Positions 21,483-31,117 of a stretch of 64,000 nucleotides of DNA are shown piece after piece (positions within the stretch are counted from its first letter, which is position 1; each line of letters begins with the position of its first letter). A program made the position numbers and the translations under genes. Under the pieces are notes generated by a model. That model was not told the origin of the DNA. It saw only the letters and a program-made list of their open reading frames with translations, and made no database searches. This DNA is from Candidatus Dojkabacteria bacterium. GTDB taxonomy: Bacteria > Patescibacteriota > Dojkabacteria > SC72. The stretch is taken from contig JAXGOY010000004.1 of assembly GCA_040767225.1 (NCBI GenBank), positions 6,180-70,179 on the forward strand. Reading direction: 5' to 3'.

Positions 21483-23093
21483 TTAAATTTCTTTTGACAT
21501 ATACAGTAGTCCATCAGTAAATTGAAGCTTTCTATAATACTGTCTTGTGCCTACTGCAGATATTACAGATATTTTTCTAAAACCATTTCTCTTTGAAATA
21601 TCTTCTGCTATTTTAATCATCTTTCTGCCTAAACCAAGATGTTGTACATTACCATTATCTTTTTCTCCAATATTTACAACATTACCATATACATGTACCT
21701 CCCTTATAACAGAGGAATTCTTTAATTCATCAATAAATGGTTCTCTCAAAGGAATTGATAATCTTAAAAATGAGCATATCTTATCATTATCTTTTGTTTT
21801 GTAAGAGATAAAATACTCTTCTGAAACAGATGTTTTGTAAGTTATTATCTCTAACTGTAAGTTGTTTAGTACAATACTCTCATCTTTTATCTCTCTGCTT
21901 CTAATATCTTGAAGCTTTTTCCCTTTCTTTAATATCTCCTTTTCTGCTATTTCTCTAAAGTTACTTATTTTATTCCCACTTATAATCTCCCCTGCAGGAA
22001 TATCTCTAACAATTCTTGATAATCTACAATATCTTGGAGTAAGAGGGAGTATTGATGTAAAAAGGGAAAGAAGCTCATTATATGTATATGGAGTATATTT
22101 TCCTTCATTAAAGTATTTCTCTAATATTGTGTTCTTTATAATAGATGTAGGATATATCTTTAATTCATCAGGACAGAAGTCCTTGCTCCAAAGTTTTTTA
22201 AAATCTTTAATATCCTCCTTAACAGTTGAGCCATACAAATTAGGCATCCAATGAGCATGAATTTTAAATCCTGCGAGTCTAAGAAGTTCAAAAGCCTTTT
22301 CTGTTTCTTTAACTGTATGACCTCGATTATTAAGCTTAAGTATTTCGTCATTAAGACTCTGTACCCCTATCTGTATTTTTGTTGCTCCAAGTTTTCTTAA
22401 TCTTACAATTTCATCTTTTGTAATGTAATCTGGTCTTGTTTCAAATACTAGTCCTACATTTCTGCATTTAGAAATCTCATTTATTTTTTGAGAGTTAAAA
22501 AGATCTTCCCATGTTATATTTTCAATACCACTGTCTTTTTCATATGAAGTTTCCTCAAAACTATTCATTGCATCAAAACATCTTTTAGTAAACCAGATTA
22601 GATAGTCTTGCGGATATACTGAACAGGTTCCTCCGAGGATAATTAGTTCTATTTTATCTGTACTATGCCCTATATTTTGTAATGCTAATATTCTGTTGTA
22701 TGTTTGAAGATATGGATCAAAGTTATTCTTTAATGCTCTTTGTGCTCCTGGTTCCGATGATATGTAAGATTTAGGCATATTAGGTTCATTTGGGCAGAAT
22801 ATACAGTTTCCTGGACACATATATGGTTTCATCATTACAGTAACTGTTGCTACACCAGAGTGTGTTCTTGTTGGCTTCATCCTTATTCTTTTCTCTACCA
22901 TTTTATCAGGGTGTATCTTCTTTTCATCAGTTAGTTTTTTATACTCCCTTACTAATTCATCATGTCTGTAAAGGCCTTTTCCTTCTTTAGGATACTTTTT
23001 AAGTATTTTTTGCAAAGAGTCTTTATCCCATTTACTTTTACTTTGTATTTCTTTAAATATATTTTCAAAATCATTCATGCACAAATTATACAT
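21483..23093 (-). CDS. elp3: Elp3-family radical SAM/GNAT tRNA U34 modification enzyme
   Basis: CPGNCIFCP (CX3CX2C), ETRPD, IREVHVYG, QHLGLG, ISAVGTRQYYRK. Confidence 0.93.
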   Translation of the reverse strand: MYNLCMNDFENIFKEIQSKSKWDKDSLQKILKKYPKEGKGLYRHDELVREYKKLTDEKKIHPDKMVEKRIRMKPTRTHSGVATVTVMMKPYMCPGNCIFCPNEPNMPKSYISSEPGAQRALKNNFDPYLQTYNRILALQNIGHSTDKIELIILGGTCSVYPQDYLIWFTKRCFDAMNSFEETSYEKDSGIENITWEDLFNSQKINEISKCRNVGLVFETRPDYITKDEIVRLRKLGATKIQIGVQSLNDEILKLNNRGHTVKETEKAFELLRLAGFKIHAHWMPNLYGSTVKEDIKDFKKLWSKDFCPDELKIYPTSIIKNTILEKYFNEGKYTPYTYNELLSLFTSILPLTPRYCRLSRIVRDIPAGEIISGNKISNFREIAEKEILKKGKKLQDIRSREIKDESIVLNNLQLEIITYKTSVSEEYFISYKTKDNDKICSFLRLSIPLREPFIDELKNSSVIREVHVYGNVVNIGEKDNGNVQHLGLGRKMIKIAEDISKRNGFRKISVISAVGTRQYYRKLQFTDGLLYMSKEI

Positions 23094-23135
23094 TAGATGT
23101 GATACAATAACTAAATAATTTGATATATAAATAGT

Positions 23136-23732
23136 ATGTTGGAAAAGAACAAAGAGAAGACTTTAGTAATATTTAAACCTGATGTCTTACAAAGACAAAT
23201 AGTAGGGGAGATAATTAGTAGGTTTGAGAGAAAGGGATTTAAGATTGTAGCTATGAAAATGCTTACTCCTAGTAGAGAAATGGTAGGAAAGCATTACAGC
23301 GATGATCCTAAATATTTAATTGAAACAGGTGAAAAGGCTAAAAAGGGAGCTGAAGCAAGAGGTGAGGACACTTCTAGCTGGGATTCTCTTGAGAGAGGAA
23401 AGTGGATTAGGGAGTCAAATATTAATTATTTAACTTGTGGCCCTGTGCTTGTAATGGTTCTTCAAGGTTTTGGTGTAATTGCAGGTGTAAGAAAGATGCT
23501 TGGGAGTACAAGTCCTGCAGATGGTGATGTTGGTACAATTAGGGCTGATTACTCTCTTGATTCTTTTGCTCTCGCAGATGAACAGGGCAGGGTTACAAGG
23601 TCTATGCTTCATGCTTCTGATAGTGTAGAGAATGCAGAAAGGGAGATTGGGATATGGTTTAATGCAACAGAGATATCAGAGTATGAGACAGCTGCAGAAA
23701 AGATCTTTTATGATGTAAGCTGGTCTGATTAG
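23136..23732 (+). CDS. ndk: Nucleoside diphosphate kinase
   Basis: EKTLVIFKPD, GTIRADY, catalytic HASDS. Confidence 0.95.
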   Translation: MLEKNKEKTLVIFKPDVLQRQIVGEIISRFERKGFKIVAMKMLTPSREMVGKHYSDDPKYLIETGEKAKKGAEARGEDTSSWDSLERGKWIRESNINYLTCGPVLVMVLQGFGVIAGVRKMLGSTSPADGDVGTIRADYSLDSFALADEQGRVTRSMLHASDSVENAEREIGIWFNATEISEYETAAEKIFYDVSWSD

Positions 23733-24367
23733 AGTTTAAGTATTTCGTTAATTAAAAGCTGTTTTTCTTTTTGATTATCGTCTTCATTTTCTAAAGGCTG
23801 TATTTTACCATCAAGAAAATCTTTAAGTTTATAGAAGTCTTCTTGTAGTGTTTCTTTAAGAGTAGGGTTGTAAAGAGCAGCTGCAGGGTGATACATTGCA
23901 AAAACAGGAATACCACTACTGTGTATAAATACTTGCCCATGGGCTATTGATACATGCTCTTGTGGTAAGAATCTTTCTAATGCATGTCTTCCAAGAGCAA
24001 CAATCACTTTAGGTTTAATAAAGAGAAGTTCTGCATTTACCCATACCCTGCATGCTTCTTTTTCTTCTGGTAAAGGTTCTCTATTTTCTGGTGGTCTGTA
24101 TTTAACTACATTTGTTACATACACATCTTCTCTTGTATATCCAATACTTCTTAGCATTTCATCTAACAATTTTCCTGCCGCTCCTACAAAAGGTTTCCCT
24201 TGTTTATCTTCATTTACTCCAGGTGCTTCTCCAATGAATACTATTCCTGATTTAGGAGGTGTTAGTTCATATACAGGTTGTGTTGCATATTTTTTTAATG
24301 TACAGCTGTTGTGCAGTGCAAAGTACTCATGTATTTCTTTTAGGCTCTTAAAATCTTCAAGTTTCAT
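23729..24367 (-). CDS. Uracil-DNA glycosylase family 4
   Basis: GEAPG, PFVGAAG, NVVKYRPPENR, YHPAA. Confidence 0.93.
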   Translation of the reverse strand: MKLEDFKSLKEIHEYFALHNSCTLKKYATQPVYELTPPKSGIVFIGEAPGVNEDKQGKPFVGAAGKLLDEMLRSIGYTREDVYVTNVVKYRPPENREPLPEEKEACRVWVNAELLFIKPKVIVALGRHALERFLPQEHVSIAHGQVFIHSSGIPVFAMYHPAAALYNPTLKETLQEDFYKLKDFLDGKIQPLENEDDNQKEKQLLINEILKL

Positions 24368-24413
24368 CTCTTTTATTATATATTAATTTATTGTTTAGTG
24401 TATAATTAGCAGT

Positions 24414-25421
24414 ATGAAAAAGAATGAATACAAAGTACATGTTTTTACTGGTATAAGGCCATCAGGTGGTCTTACGATTGCAAATGTAATTGGTTCTGTT
24501 AATACCATTGTGTCTTTACAGAAAGAAAAAAAGATAGAAAGGCCTATGGTTTTTGTAGCAGATCTTCATGCAATTACTGATGCAAAACCTGAGGATACTC
24601 AAAAGTATGTAGTGGATATTATTAAGGATTATTTCGCTCTTGGTCTTGATAAAGATAATTGTGATGTGTTTATACAATCTCATCTGATTGAAGAGATTTC
24701 TGAACTTAATCTATACCTTTCTAGGTTAATTAGTATTTCAGAGCTTTTAAGAGTACCTACTCTAAAAGAAAAAATAAAGAGAAATATTGATGTATCTAAT
24801 GCTTCTTTACTCCTTGCAATGTATCCAGTTATGATGTCTTGTGATATTCTGCTTCAGAAGGCAGAGTATGTTCCAGTTGGAGAGGATCAGAGTGCTCATA
24901 TTGAAATGGCAAGATATCTAGCAAAAAGATTTAATAGTGAGCATGAAGAGGTATTTCCAATGCCTAAGATGCTCTCGTTGGGTGAGCCAGTAAGGATTAT
25001 GTCACTGATTGGTGAAGGTAAAATGAGTAAGAGTAATCCTAATGGAGCAATACTGCTTGATGATCCAGTAGATGTTTCATTGAATAAAGTAAAGAGGGCA
25101 CAGAGTGCATTTGCTGGTGAGATGTCAGAGTCTTTAGATTCATTGATTAAAATAGGGAAGTTTGTTTCTGATGAAAGTGGTCAGAAAAAGATTGATGAGC
25201 TTGTAAGTAAGCATATGAATGGAGAGGGTGTTATGAAAGAGTTAAAGGATGTAATAATGGAGTCTTTAAGGAAGTATTTAACAGATTTTCAAGAGAAGAA
25301 ATCACAAATGTCTGATTCTGAAGTTTTAGAAATAGCTGAAAAAGGAGGAATGATTGCAAAGAAGAATGCTAAAGAAACTATACAGGAAGTAAGAGATGCT
25401 GTTGGTTTGAAGTATATTTGA
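24414..25421 (+). CDS. trpS: Tryptophanyl-tRNA synthetase
   Basis: TGIRPSG, ADLHAIT, YPVMMSCDIL, VPVGEDQ, KMSKS. Confidence 0.95.
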   Translation: MKKNEYKVHVFTGIRPSGGLTIANVIGSVNTIVSLQKEKKIERPMVFVADLHAITDAKPEDTQKYVVDIIKDYFALGLDKDNCDVFIQSHLIEEISELNLYLSRLISISELLRVPTLKEKIKRNIDVSNASLLLAMYPVMMSCDILLQKAEYVPVGEDQSAHIEMARYLAKRFNSEHEEVFPMPKMLSLGEPVRIMSLIGEGKMSKSNPNGAILLDDPVDVSLNKVKRAQSAFAGEMSESLDSLIKIGKFVSDESGQKKIDELVSKHMNGEGVMKELKDVIMESLRKYLTDFQEKKSQMSDSEVLEIAEKGGMIAKKNAKETIQEVRDAVGLKYI

Positions 25422-25429
25422 TTTTTTGT

Positions 25430-26134
25430 ATGGCAAATGAAGGTCGATTCTGTTTACAGGATGTAAGAGATATTATAACTACGAGAAAAGGGTTACTGTT
25501 TGATTTTGATGGTACATTAGTTAATCTTGATAAACTAAATGTTGATGCATATGCTTTTGTGTTTAAGGAGATGTTTAATCTTAATTTTACTAGAGATGAT
25601 TTTATGAAATATATTTCAGGAAGAGGATCAAGGGAAGGAATAATAGAGTATTTAGCTTCTAAGGGTATTACAGAGTTTTCAAGTCAAGAATTAAACGATG
25701 ATTTGTTTTATAAACACAAGAATGAATTAATTAAGGAAAAGATGAATAGTGAGATATATTTACTACCAGGTATTAAAGATTTTTTAGAGAGTAGTATTAT
25801 TGAAAAGAAGAGAAAAGTAATTATTACCTCATCTAGAAAAGGTCATGTAGGGAATATTCTTACCCATTTTGGGATATATAGCTACTTTGAAAAAGTAATT
25901 GACAAAGATTTGATGTTGTTAAAGGTAAGCCTAGTCCTGAGGCATATCTTAAGGGGTTGGAGTATTTGGGCTATACAGAAACAGAGTGTGTTGCATTTGA
26001 AGATTCTTTTGGGTTTACAAGCATCTAAGGGAGCAGACATTTTTACAATTGGAATTTTAAACGATGGCTGGAATGATGATTTTGTATATCAATTATCTGA
26101 TTTTGTTATTGATGATTACAGAGTTCTTATTTAA
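25430..26134 (+). CDS. HAD-family phosphatase (beta-PGM/CbbY-like), with apparent frameshifts near 25.9-26.0 kb
   Basis: FDFDGTL motif I; GKPSPEAY and CVAFED motifs lie in an alternative frame. Confidence 0.8.
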   Translation: MANEGRFCLQDVRDIITTRKGLLFDFDGTLVNLDKLNVDAYAFVFKEMFNLNFTRDDFMKYISGRGSREGIIEYLASKGITEFSSQELNDDLFYKHKNELIKEKMNSEIYLLPGIKDFLESSIIEKKRKVIITSSRKGHVGNILTHFGIYSYFEKVIDKDLMLLKVSLVLRHILRGWSIWAIQKQSVLHLKILLGLQASKGADIFTIGILNDGWNDDFVYQLSDFVIDDYRVLI

Positions 26135-26142
26135 ACATCCCC

Positions 26143-27561
26143 TTATACTAATACATTACCAATATGTTCTGGATTTTGTAAAAACATCTCTTTACTCATG
26201 GAAATACCATTGTAAAAGTAATCAACATAACCCATTCCTAAAGCATCTCTTCCAAGTAATTTCTGTGTGCAGTAAGAAACTCTGTTCCACCATATTCCAT
26301 CATCACTGTTTTTACCAAAGGTATGTCCTCCTTTAAAGAATTTTAAGGATTCAAGTATATCCATGCGATCTCTGTATCTCATTAATGTCCATACTCCTAC
26401 CTCTATACTTACTTTATCATTGTTATAAAGGTCGCCATATGTATGGTTAGTTCCATGTACCGCATTGTAGTCTTCTAAATGTCTCCATTGAGGAACAAGC
26501 TGATACCATCCTAATGCTCCTGAATCTTGTGATTCTTTGTATATTCCTCCACTACTTTCTGTCATTGCTACAGATACAAAAAGTGCTGCAAGTTCTGCTC
26601 TACTAAGTTTGGGATTTCTGTTATTTTCATCATTGTAATATTTATCGGCTTCACTGATAAATACTTCTTTAGCATATTTAATATTTGTTTCAGGCCAGTA
26701 TTGTACTGCTTTATTAAGAACTTCTTCTGCAGATTTATCTGTATTTTCTTTTCCCTCAAGGACATTTAATGTTTTTTGATATAGCTCATAATTAGATCTT
26801 AAATAACTGTAGTCATCAATATTTAAATTGTTTTTAACAACATTTATTAACTCACCTGTTTGGTCATAATACTGTGCTAGAACTAAAGTGAACATATCTT
26901 TGTTCTTTCCATCATTCTTTATATTTTGTAATGCATACATAATACTTTCCTTTCCCATTAGTATATTGATAAAAGAGTCTTCAAATTGCTGTAGGGAGTA
27001 TAGTTTAGAATCATTTGTCATTTTCTTTATAGCTGCTTGTGCATGAGCTGGATAAAGCTGCATAGGGCCTGTTCTTTGGTAGTATGGGTCTTTATTTGGG
27101 TCTTTTATTTCCCAATTATTTAAGTTTGCAGTTATTATTGAAGATATTATTGTTCTCATTGCATTGCTATCAACTTTATAATCTCTTTCAGCATACTGTG
27201 AAGCTGTATCAATAGATGGTATATATTGCTCAAATTCAGGATATTGATTTTTAAATCTATCATATGAGAAGAGACCTGTTTCTCTTTCATGTAAAAGATA
27301 TTGTTTGTTTAGTTCCTGTATATTATCTTTAAGATTGTCTTTTTCTGATTCAGTTCCAAATGTATTTTTAGGTGCACATCCTCCAAAGGCCAATGCAGCT
27401 ACCGAGACACCTAAAAATTTAAGGAAATCTCTCCTATTCATTTTTGTTTCAGCCATCTTAGAGAGTGGATTAACTGTGTTCTCTTCTGTATTTACTTTTG
27501 TATTTCCTTTATCTACAAGGTCAACCTTAGGTATAGTTTTGTCATTTTCAATTTCTTCCAT
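26143..27561 (-). CDS. Lipoprotein with twin-arginine-like leader and lytic-transglycosylase-like domain(s)
   Basis: NRRDFLK + hydrophobic stretch + FGGC lipobox; TESSGG...SGALGWYQL SLT-like motifs. Confidence 0.7.
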   Translation of the reverse strand: MEEIENDKTIPKVDLVDKGNTKVNTEENTVNPLSKMAETKMNRRDFLKFLGVSVAALAFGGCAPKNTFGTESEKDNLKDNIQELNKQYLLHERETGLFSYDRFKNQYPEFEQYIPSIDTASQYAERDYKVDSNAMRTIISSIITANLNNWEIKDPNKDPYYQRTGPMQLYPAHAQAAIKKMTNDSKLYSLQQFEDSFINILMGKESIMYALQNIKNDGKNKDMFTLVLAQYYDQTGELINVVKNNLNIDDYSYLRSNYELYQKTLNVLEGKENTDKSAEEVLNKAVQYWPETNIKYAKEVFISEADKYYNDENNRNPKLSRAELAALFVSVAMTESSGGIYKESQDSGALGWYQLVPQWRHLEDYNAVHGTNHTYGDLYNNDKVSIEVGVWTLMRYRDRMDILESLKFFKGGHTFGKNSDDGIWWNRVSYCTQKLLGRDALGMGYVDYFYNGISMSKEMFLQNPEHIGNVLV

Positions 27562-27659
27562 GTATATACATTATCAGAAAAGGTATGCAGTAGGAAATAT
27601 GGATGTAATACTATAGGGGAAAGTGGTATAATAACCTGTTTATTTGTTATTTTATTCAT

Positions 27660-28142
27660 ATGTCTATTGAGAATAATGCTGAAAATATACAGGATGATGT
27701 TACTATGGAGTTCCCATGTATTACTGTTGAGAATGATAAAAATACCATATTCTCATGGGAAGATGATGGACTTAAAAAACCTTCTTCTGATAGAGCATTT
27801 GCAATACAAACAGAAAATATGCCGTCAAACTCCCTTCCTCTTTTATTTCAAATAACTAATGTAAATGAAAAGAGTGCTGAAGCGAGTAAGAGATTATGGA
27901 AGCTTCATATGTGCAATCCTGAGGTATATGAAGTTTTGGTTAGTACAGGGTTAGGAATTGTGGAAGAGGTTAATACAATATTTTTTACTGATAAAACACC
28001 TATTTCTGCTTTCTCCAAAGTAGTTAAAATTGAAAATGATTATTATAGAATCACATACATGCCTGAGAGTGTAAAACTGATAGATGGTACTTCTATGAGA
28101 GATAATTATGTAAATAGAATAGAAAAAAAGAGAAGGAGATAG
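27660..28142 (+). CDS. Hypothetical protein (paralog of 28174-28683)
   Basis: 160-aa ORF preceded by a TATAAT promoter-like site; shared C-terminal motif. Confidence 0.65.
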   Translation: MSIENNAENIQDDVTMEFPCITVENDKNTIFSWEDDGLKKPSSDRAFAIQTENMPSNSLPLLFQITNVNEKSAEASKRLWKLHMCNPEVYEVLVSTGLGIVEEVNTIFFTDKTPISAFSKVVKIENDYYRITYMPESVKLIDGTSMRDNYVNRIEKKRRR

Positions 28143-28173
28143 ATATCTGTTCTAAGCTTTAAGTAATACATGT

Positions 28174-28683
28174 ATGTCATTTGAGGACAATTTCGAAGAA
28201 GAAGGACCTTTTGATGTTACAGATTACTTTGATAGCAGAGGATATCGTATTCGTGGATTGGCATTTCCATTGGGAGGAGACTATTTATATTTTTATAGTT
28301 TACTAAAGAAAGGTTCAGATATACCATTTGCATTTTGGACATATGGTATGGTTACTCCATATTTGTTTAAACTCTCTCCTAATGGGGTGGAAAAGAAAGA
28401 TATTCCTAATATTTTAAGAGCGGTAGATTTAAGAGATGAGGAAACAGCAATGGATTTGTTATTTACATCTATAAAGATAGCAGACAAAATGGATAGGGCA
28501 GAGAACAAAATTACAGCAATGACTCCTTGGGTGTTAAATAAAGAGACAATTGATATACTTGGTATTGAGTTTGATGTTACATATATGTCAGAACATATTG
28601 TTCTTCCTTCAGGTTATTCAATGAGAGATGTTTATTCAGATGAAATTGTTGATAGATATGAGGGTTTCTATCATGGTCATTGA
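28174..28683 (+). CDS. Hypothetical protein (paralog of 27660-28142)
   Basis: 169-aa ORF; shared C-terminal motif. Confidence 0.65.
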   Translation: MSFEDNFEEEGPFDVTDYFDSRGYRIRGLAFPLGGDYLYFYSLLKKGSDIPFAFWTYGMVTPYLFKLSPNGVEKKDIPNILRAVDLRDEETAMDLLFTSIKIADKMDRAENKITAMTPWVLNKETIDILGIEFDVTYMSEHIVLPSGYSMRDVYSDEIVDRYEGFYHGH

Positions 28684-28741
28684 AGTTTTTAAAGGGAGAA
28701 AAGTATAATATGTTATTAAATAATTTTATATTATAAATATA

Positions 28742-29299
28742 ATGACAGAGTTTGAAAGTAAAGAAAGAGATGAACTTAACCATGACTTTGAATTTATTTC
28801 TCTTAAAGATTTTGAAGGGTTAAGTGAAATAGAAATTACTCCATATGAAGGGGAGGGTGAGATGTCATTTTCATCAAAGTATGATAGGCAGAAAGTTGAG
28901 TATTTAAACGGCATTGGGGTAACTGTACCTAATGAGATGTTTAAAGAAAATGGAGAAGTTATAGAGAATTGTCAAGCATTAGTTAGTACTATGTTTATAA
29001 CAACAGGGCATATATTAGCCATGGAGAAAGCTAGGAGGGTTTTAATAGAGAGTAATCCTGAAAATTATCAAGAGAGATTTAATCAATTAGTAAAAGATTC
29101 TAATGTTTTTTTGCTTGATAGGGTAGATATGTGTGGTAGAAGAACTGAAATATTATATGGTACCATGTTTGAAGATATTAAAAGAGGTTTAGGTTTTTCT
29201 GCTAATCCTCAGAGAAAAGTTTCTAGAGAGGAGCTTCATTATATTGTAGGTTATGTATTTGATTCTTTGAAAAAGCAAAAAGAAGAAGATTTTGTTTAA
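28742..29299 (+). CDS. Hypothetical protein
   Basis: 185-aa ORF with upstream TATAAT. Confidence 0.6.
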   Translation: MTEFESKERDELNHDFEFISLKDFEGLSEIEITPYEGEGEMSFSSKYDRQKVEYLNGIGVTVPNEMFKENGEVIENCQALVSTMFITTGHILAMEKARRVLIESNPENYQERFNQLVKDSNVFLLDRVDMCGRRTEILYGTMFEDIKRGLGFSANPQRKVSREELHYIVGYVFDSLKKQKEEDFV

Positions 29300-29377
29300 C
29301 AATTAATATATAGAGGTTGTGTTGAAAAATTTCTCTACTTGTATTAAAGTAAGGTTCTGTATTTGAATGTTGCTTAT

Positions 29378-31117
29378 ATGCTGAAACTTTTTAAATATTT
29401 AAAACCGTATATTCTTCATATTCTTATCCTTATTGGACTTACATATGTTCAAGTTATGGCAACTCTTAGGCTTCCTGATTATATGTCAGATATTGTTAAT
29501 ACAGGCATTATTGGTCAGGATATGGATTTCATATGGAATACAGGTCTTAAAATGCTTGGTGTTACAGCAATTGGTGCTTTGTGTGCTGTAATTAATGGGT
29601 ATTTAGCATCTAGAATCGGATCAGGGTTTTCTAAAACTATGAGAAGAGATGTATTTAGTAAGGTTGAATCTTTTTCTTTAGCGGAGTTTAACAAGTTTTC
29701 TATTGCTTCTCTTATTACTAGATCTACAAATGATATACAGCAGATACAGATGGTTTTAATTATGGCTATGAAAATTGTTCTTGCCGCCCCTATTATGGGT
29801 ATAGGTGCTGTACAAAAAGCATATGCTATTGCTCCATCAATGACATGGATTATGGCTATTGCTGTCGGTGTTCTTACTGCTTTAATTGTCTTTTTGTTTG
29901 TGTTTGCTGTTCCTAAATTTGAACTTATGCAGAAGTTAATTGATAAGTTGAATCTTTTTACTAGACAGAATCTTACTGGTATTAGAGTTATAAGGGCATT
30001 TAACAGACAGGAGTATGAGGCAGAGAATTTTGATGGATTAAACAAACAACTGTCTAAGGTACATCTTTTTGTTAACAGAGTACTTGGTATGATGCAGCCT
30101 GTAATGATGCTTGTTTTTAATATGACTACAATATTGATTGTATGGGTTGGGGCACATTTAATAGAGAAAAATAGTTTGTATGTAGGGGATATGATGGCAT
30201 TTATGCAGTATGCTATGCAGGTTATTATGGCATTTCTAATGATTTCTGTTATCTTTATTATTGTTCCTCGTGCTTCTGTTTCTATAAAGAGAATATCGGA
30301 GGTTTTAGATACCAAAATATCAATACTAGATCCTGACAAGCCAAAGAAACCAAAAGGAAAAACAAAGGGACTTGTTGAGTTTAAGAATGTTACATTTAAA
30401 TATCCAGATGCAGATGTTCCTGTTCTATACAATATTTCTTTTACTGCTAAACCGGGAGAAACTACTGCAATAATTGGAGGAACAGGGAGTGGAAAGTCTA
30501 CTGTAGTAAATTTGATACCAAGATTTTTTGATGTAACTTCTGGGCAGCTTCTTATAGATGGTATTAATGTTAAGGATATGAAACAGAAAGATTTAAGAAA
30601 AAGAATAGGGTACATACCTCAGAAGGGAGTTCTCTTTTCTGGAACAATTGAATCAAATATTAAGTATGGAAATCCTCGAGCAACTGATAAAGAGATGGAG
30701 AGAGCTGCAAGAATATCTCAGTCTATTGAGTTCATCTCAAAACTTGAAGAGAAGTATAACTATCCTATTGCACAAGGAGGGACTAATGTTTCAGGTGGTC
30801 AGAAACAAAGGCTTTCTATTGCAAGAGCAATGCTTATAAATCCTGATATCTATATCTTTGATGATAGTTTTTCTGCATTGGATTTTAAAACCTCTTCAAA
30901 GTTGTATAGAGATTTAAGAAAAGAAACTAAAGATGCAACTGTAATAATTGTTGCTCAAAGAATTGGTATGACTATTAATGCAGATCAGGTTATTGTTCTT
31001 GATGAAGGAAGAATTGTTGGTGTCGGAAAGCATAAAGAATTGCTTAAAACATGTAAGGTATACAAAGAGATTGCGTTATCTCAATTATCTCAGAAGGAGA
31101 TTGAAGAAAATGGATAA
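29378..31117 (+). CDS. ABC exporter, fused TMD-NBD (heterodimer subunit A)
   Basis: GGTGSGKST, VSGGQKQR, IFDDSFSALD (degenerate-site subunit). Confidence 0.93.
   Translation: MLKLFKYLKPYILHILILIGLTYVQVMATLRLPDYMSDIVNTGIIGQDMDFIWNTGLKMLGVTAIGALCAVINGYLASRIGSGFSKTMRRDVFSKVESFSLAEFNKFSIASLITRSTNDIQQIQMVLIMAMKIVLAAPIMGIGAVQKAYAIAPSMTWIMAIAVGVLTALIVFLFVFAVPKFELMQKLIDKLNLFTRQNLTGIRVIRAFNRQEYEAENFDGLNKQLSKVHLFVNRVLGMMQPVMMLVFNMTTILIVWVGAHLIEKNSLYVGDMMAFMQYAMQVIMAFLMISVIFIIVPRASVSIKRISEVLDTKISILDPDKPKKPKGKTKGLVEFKNVTFKYPDADVPVLYNISFTAKPGETTAIIGGTGSGKSTVVNLIPRFFDVTSGQLLIDGINVKDMKQKDLRKRIGYIPQKGVLFSGTIESNIKYGNPRATDKEMERAARISQSIEFISKLEEKYNYPIAQGGTNVSGGQKQRLSIARAMLINPDIYIFDDSFSALDFKTSSKLYRDLRKETKDATVIIVAQRIGMTINADQVIVLDEGRIVGVGKHKELLKTCKVYKEIALSQLSQKEIEENG

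Noticed and set aside
24414-24500. TrpRS inactive because HIGH reads TIAN
   Set aside because: Bacterial TrpRS commonly has TIGN/TLGN variants, and the other motifs including KMSKS are intact.
29515-30615. 366-aa antisense ORF and similar shadow ORFs (740-1318, 8437-8952, 15691-16140)
   Set aside because: They lie opposite well-supported genes and have low-complexity I/S/F/L composition typical of antisense frames.
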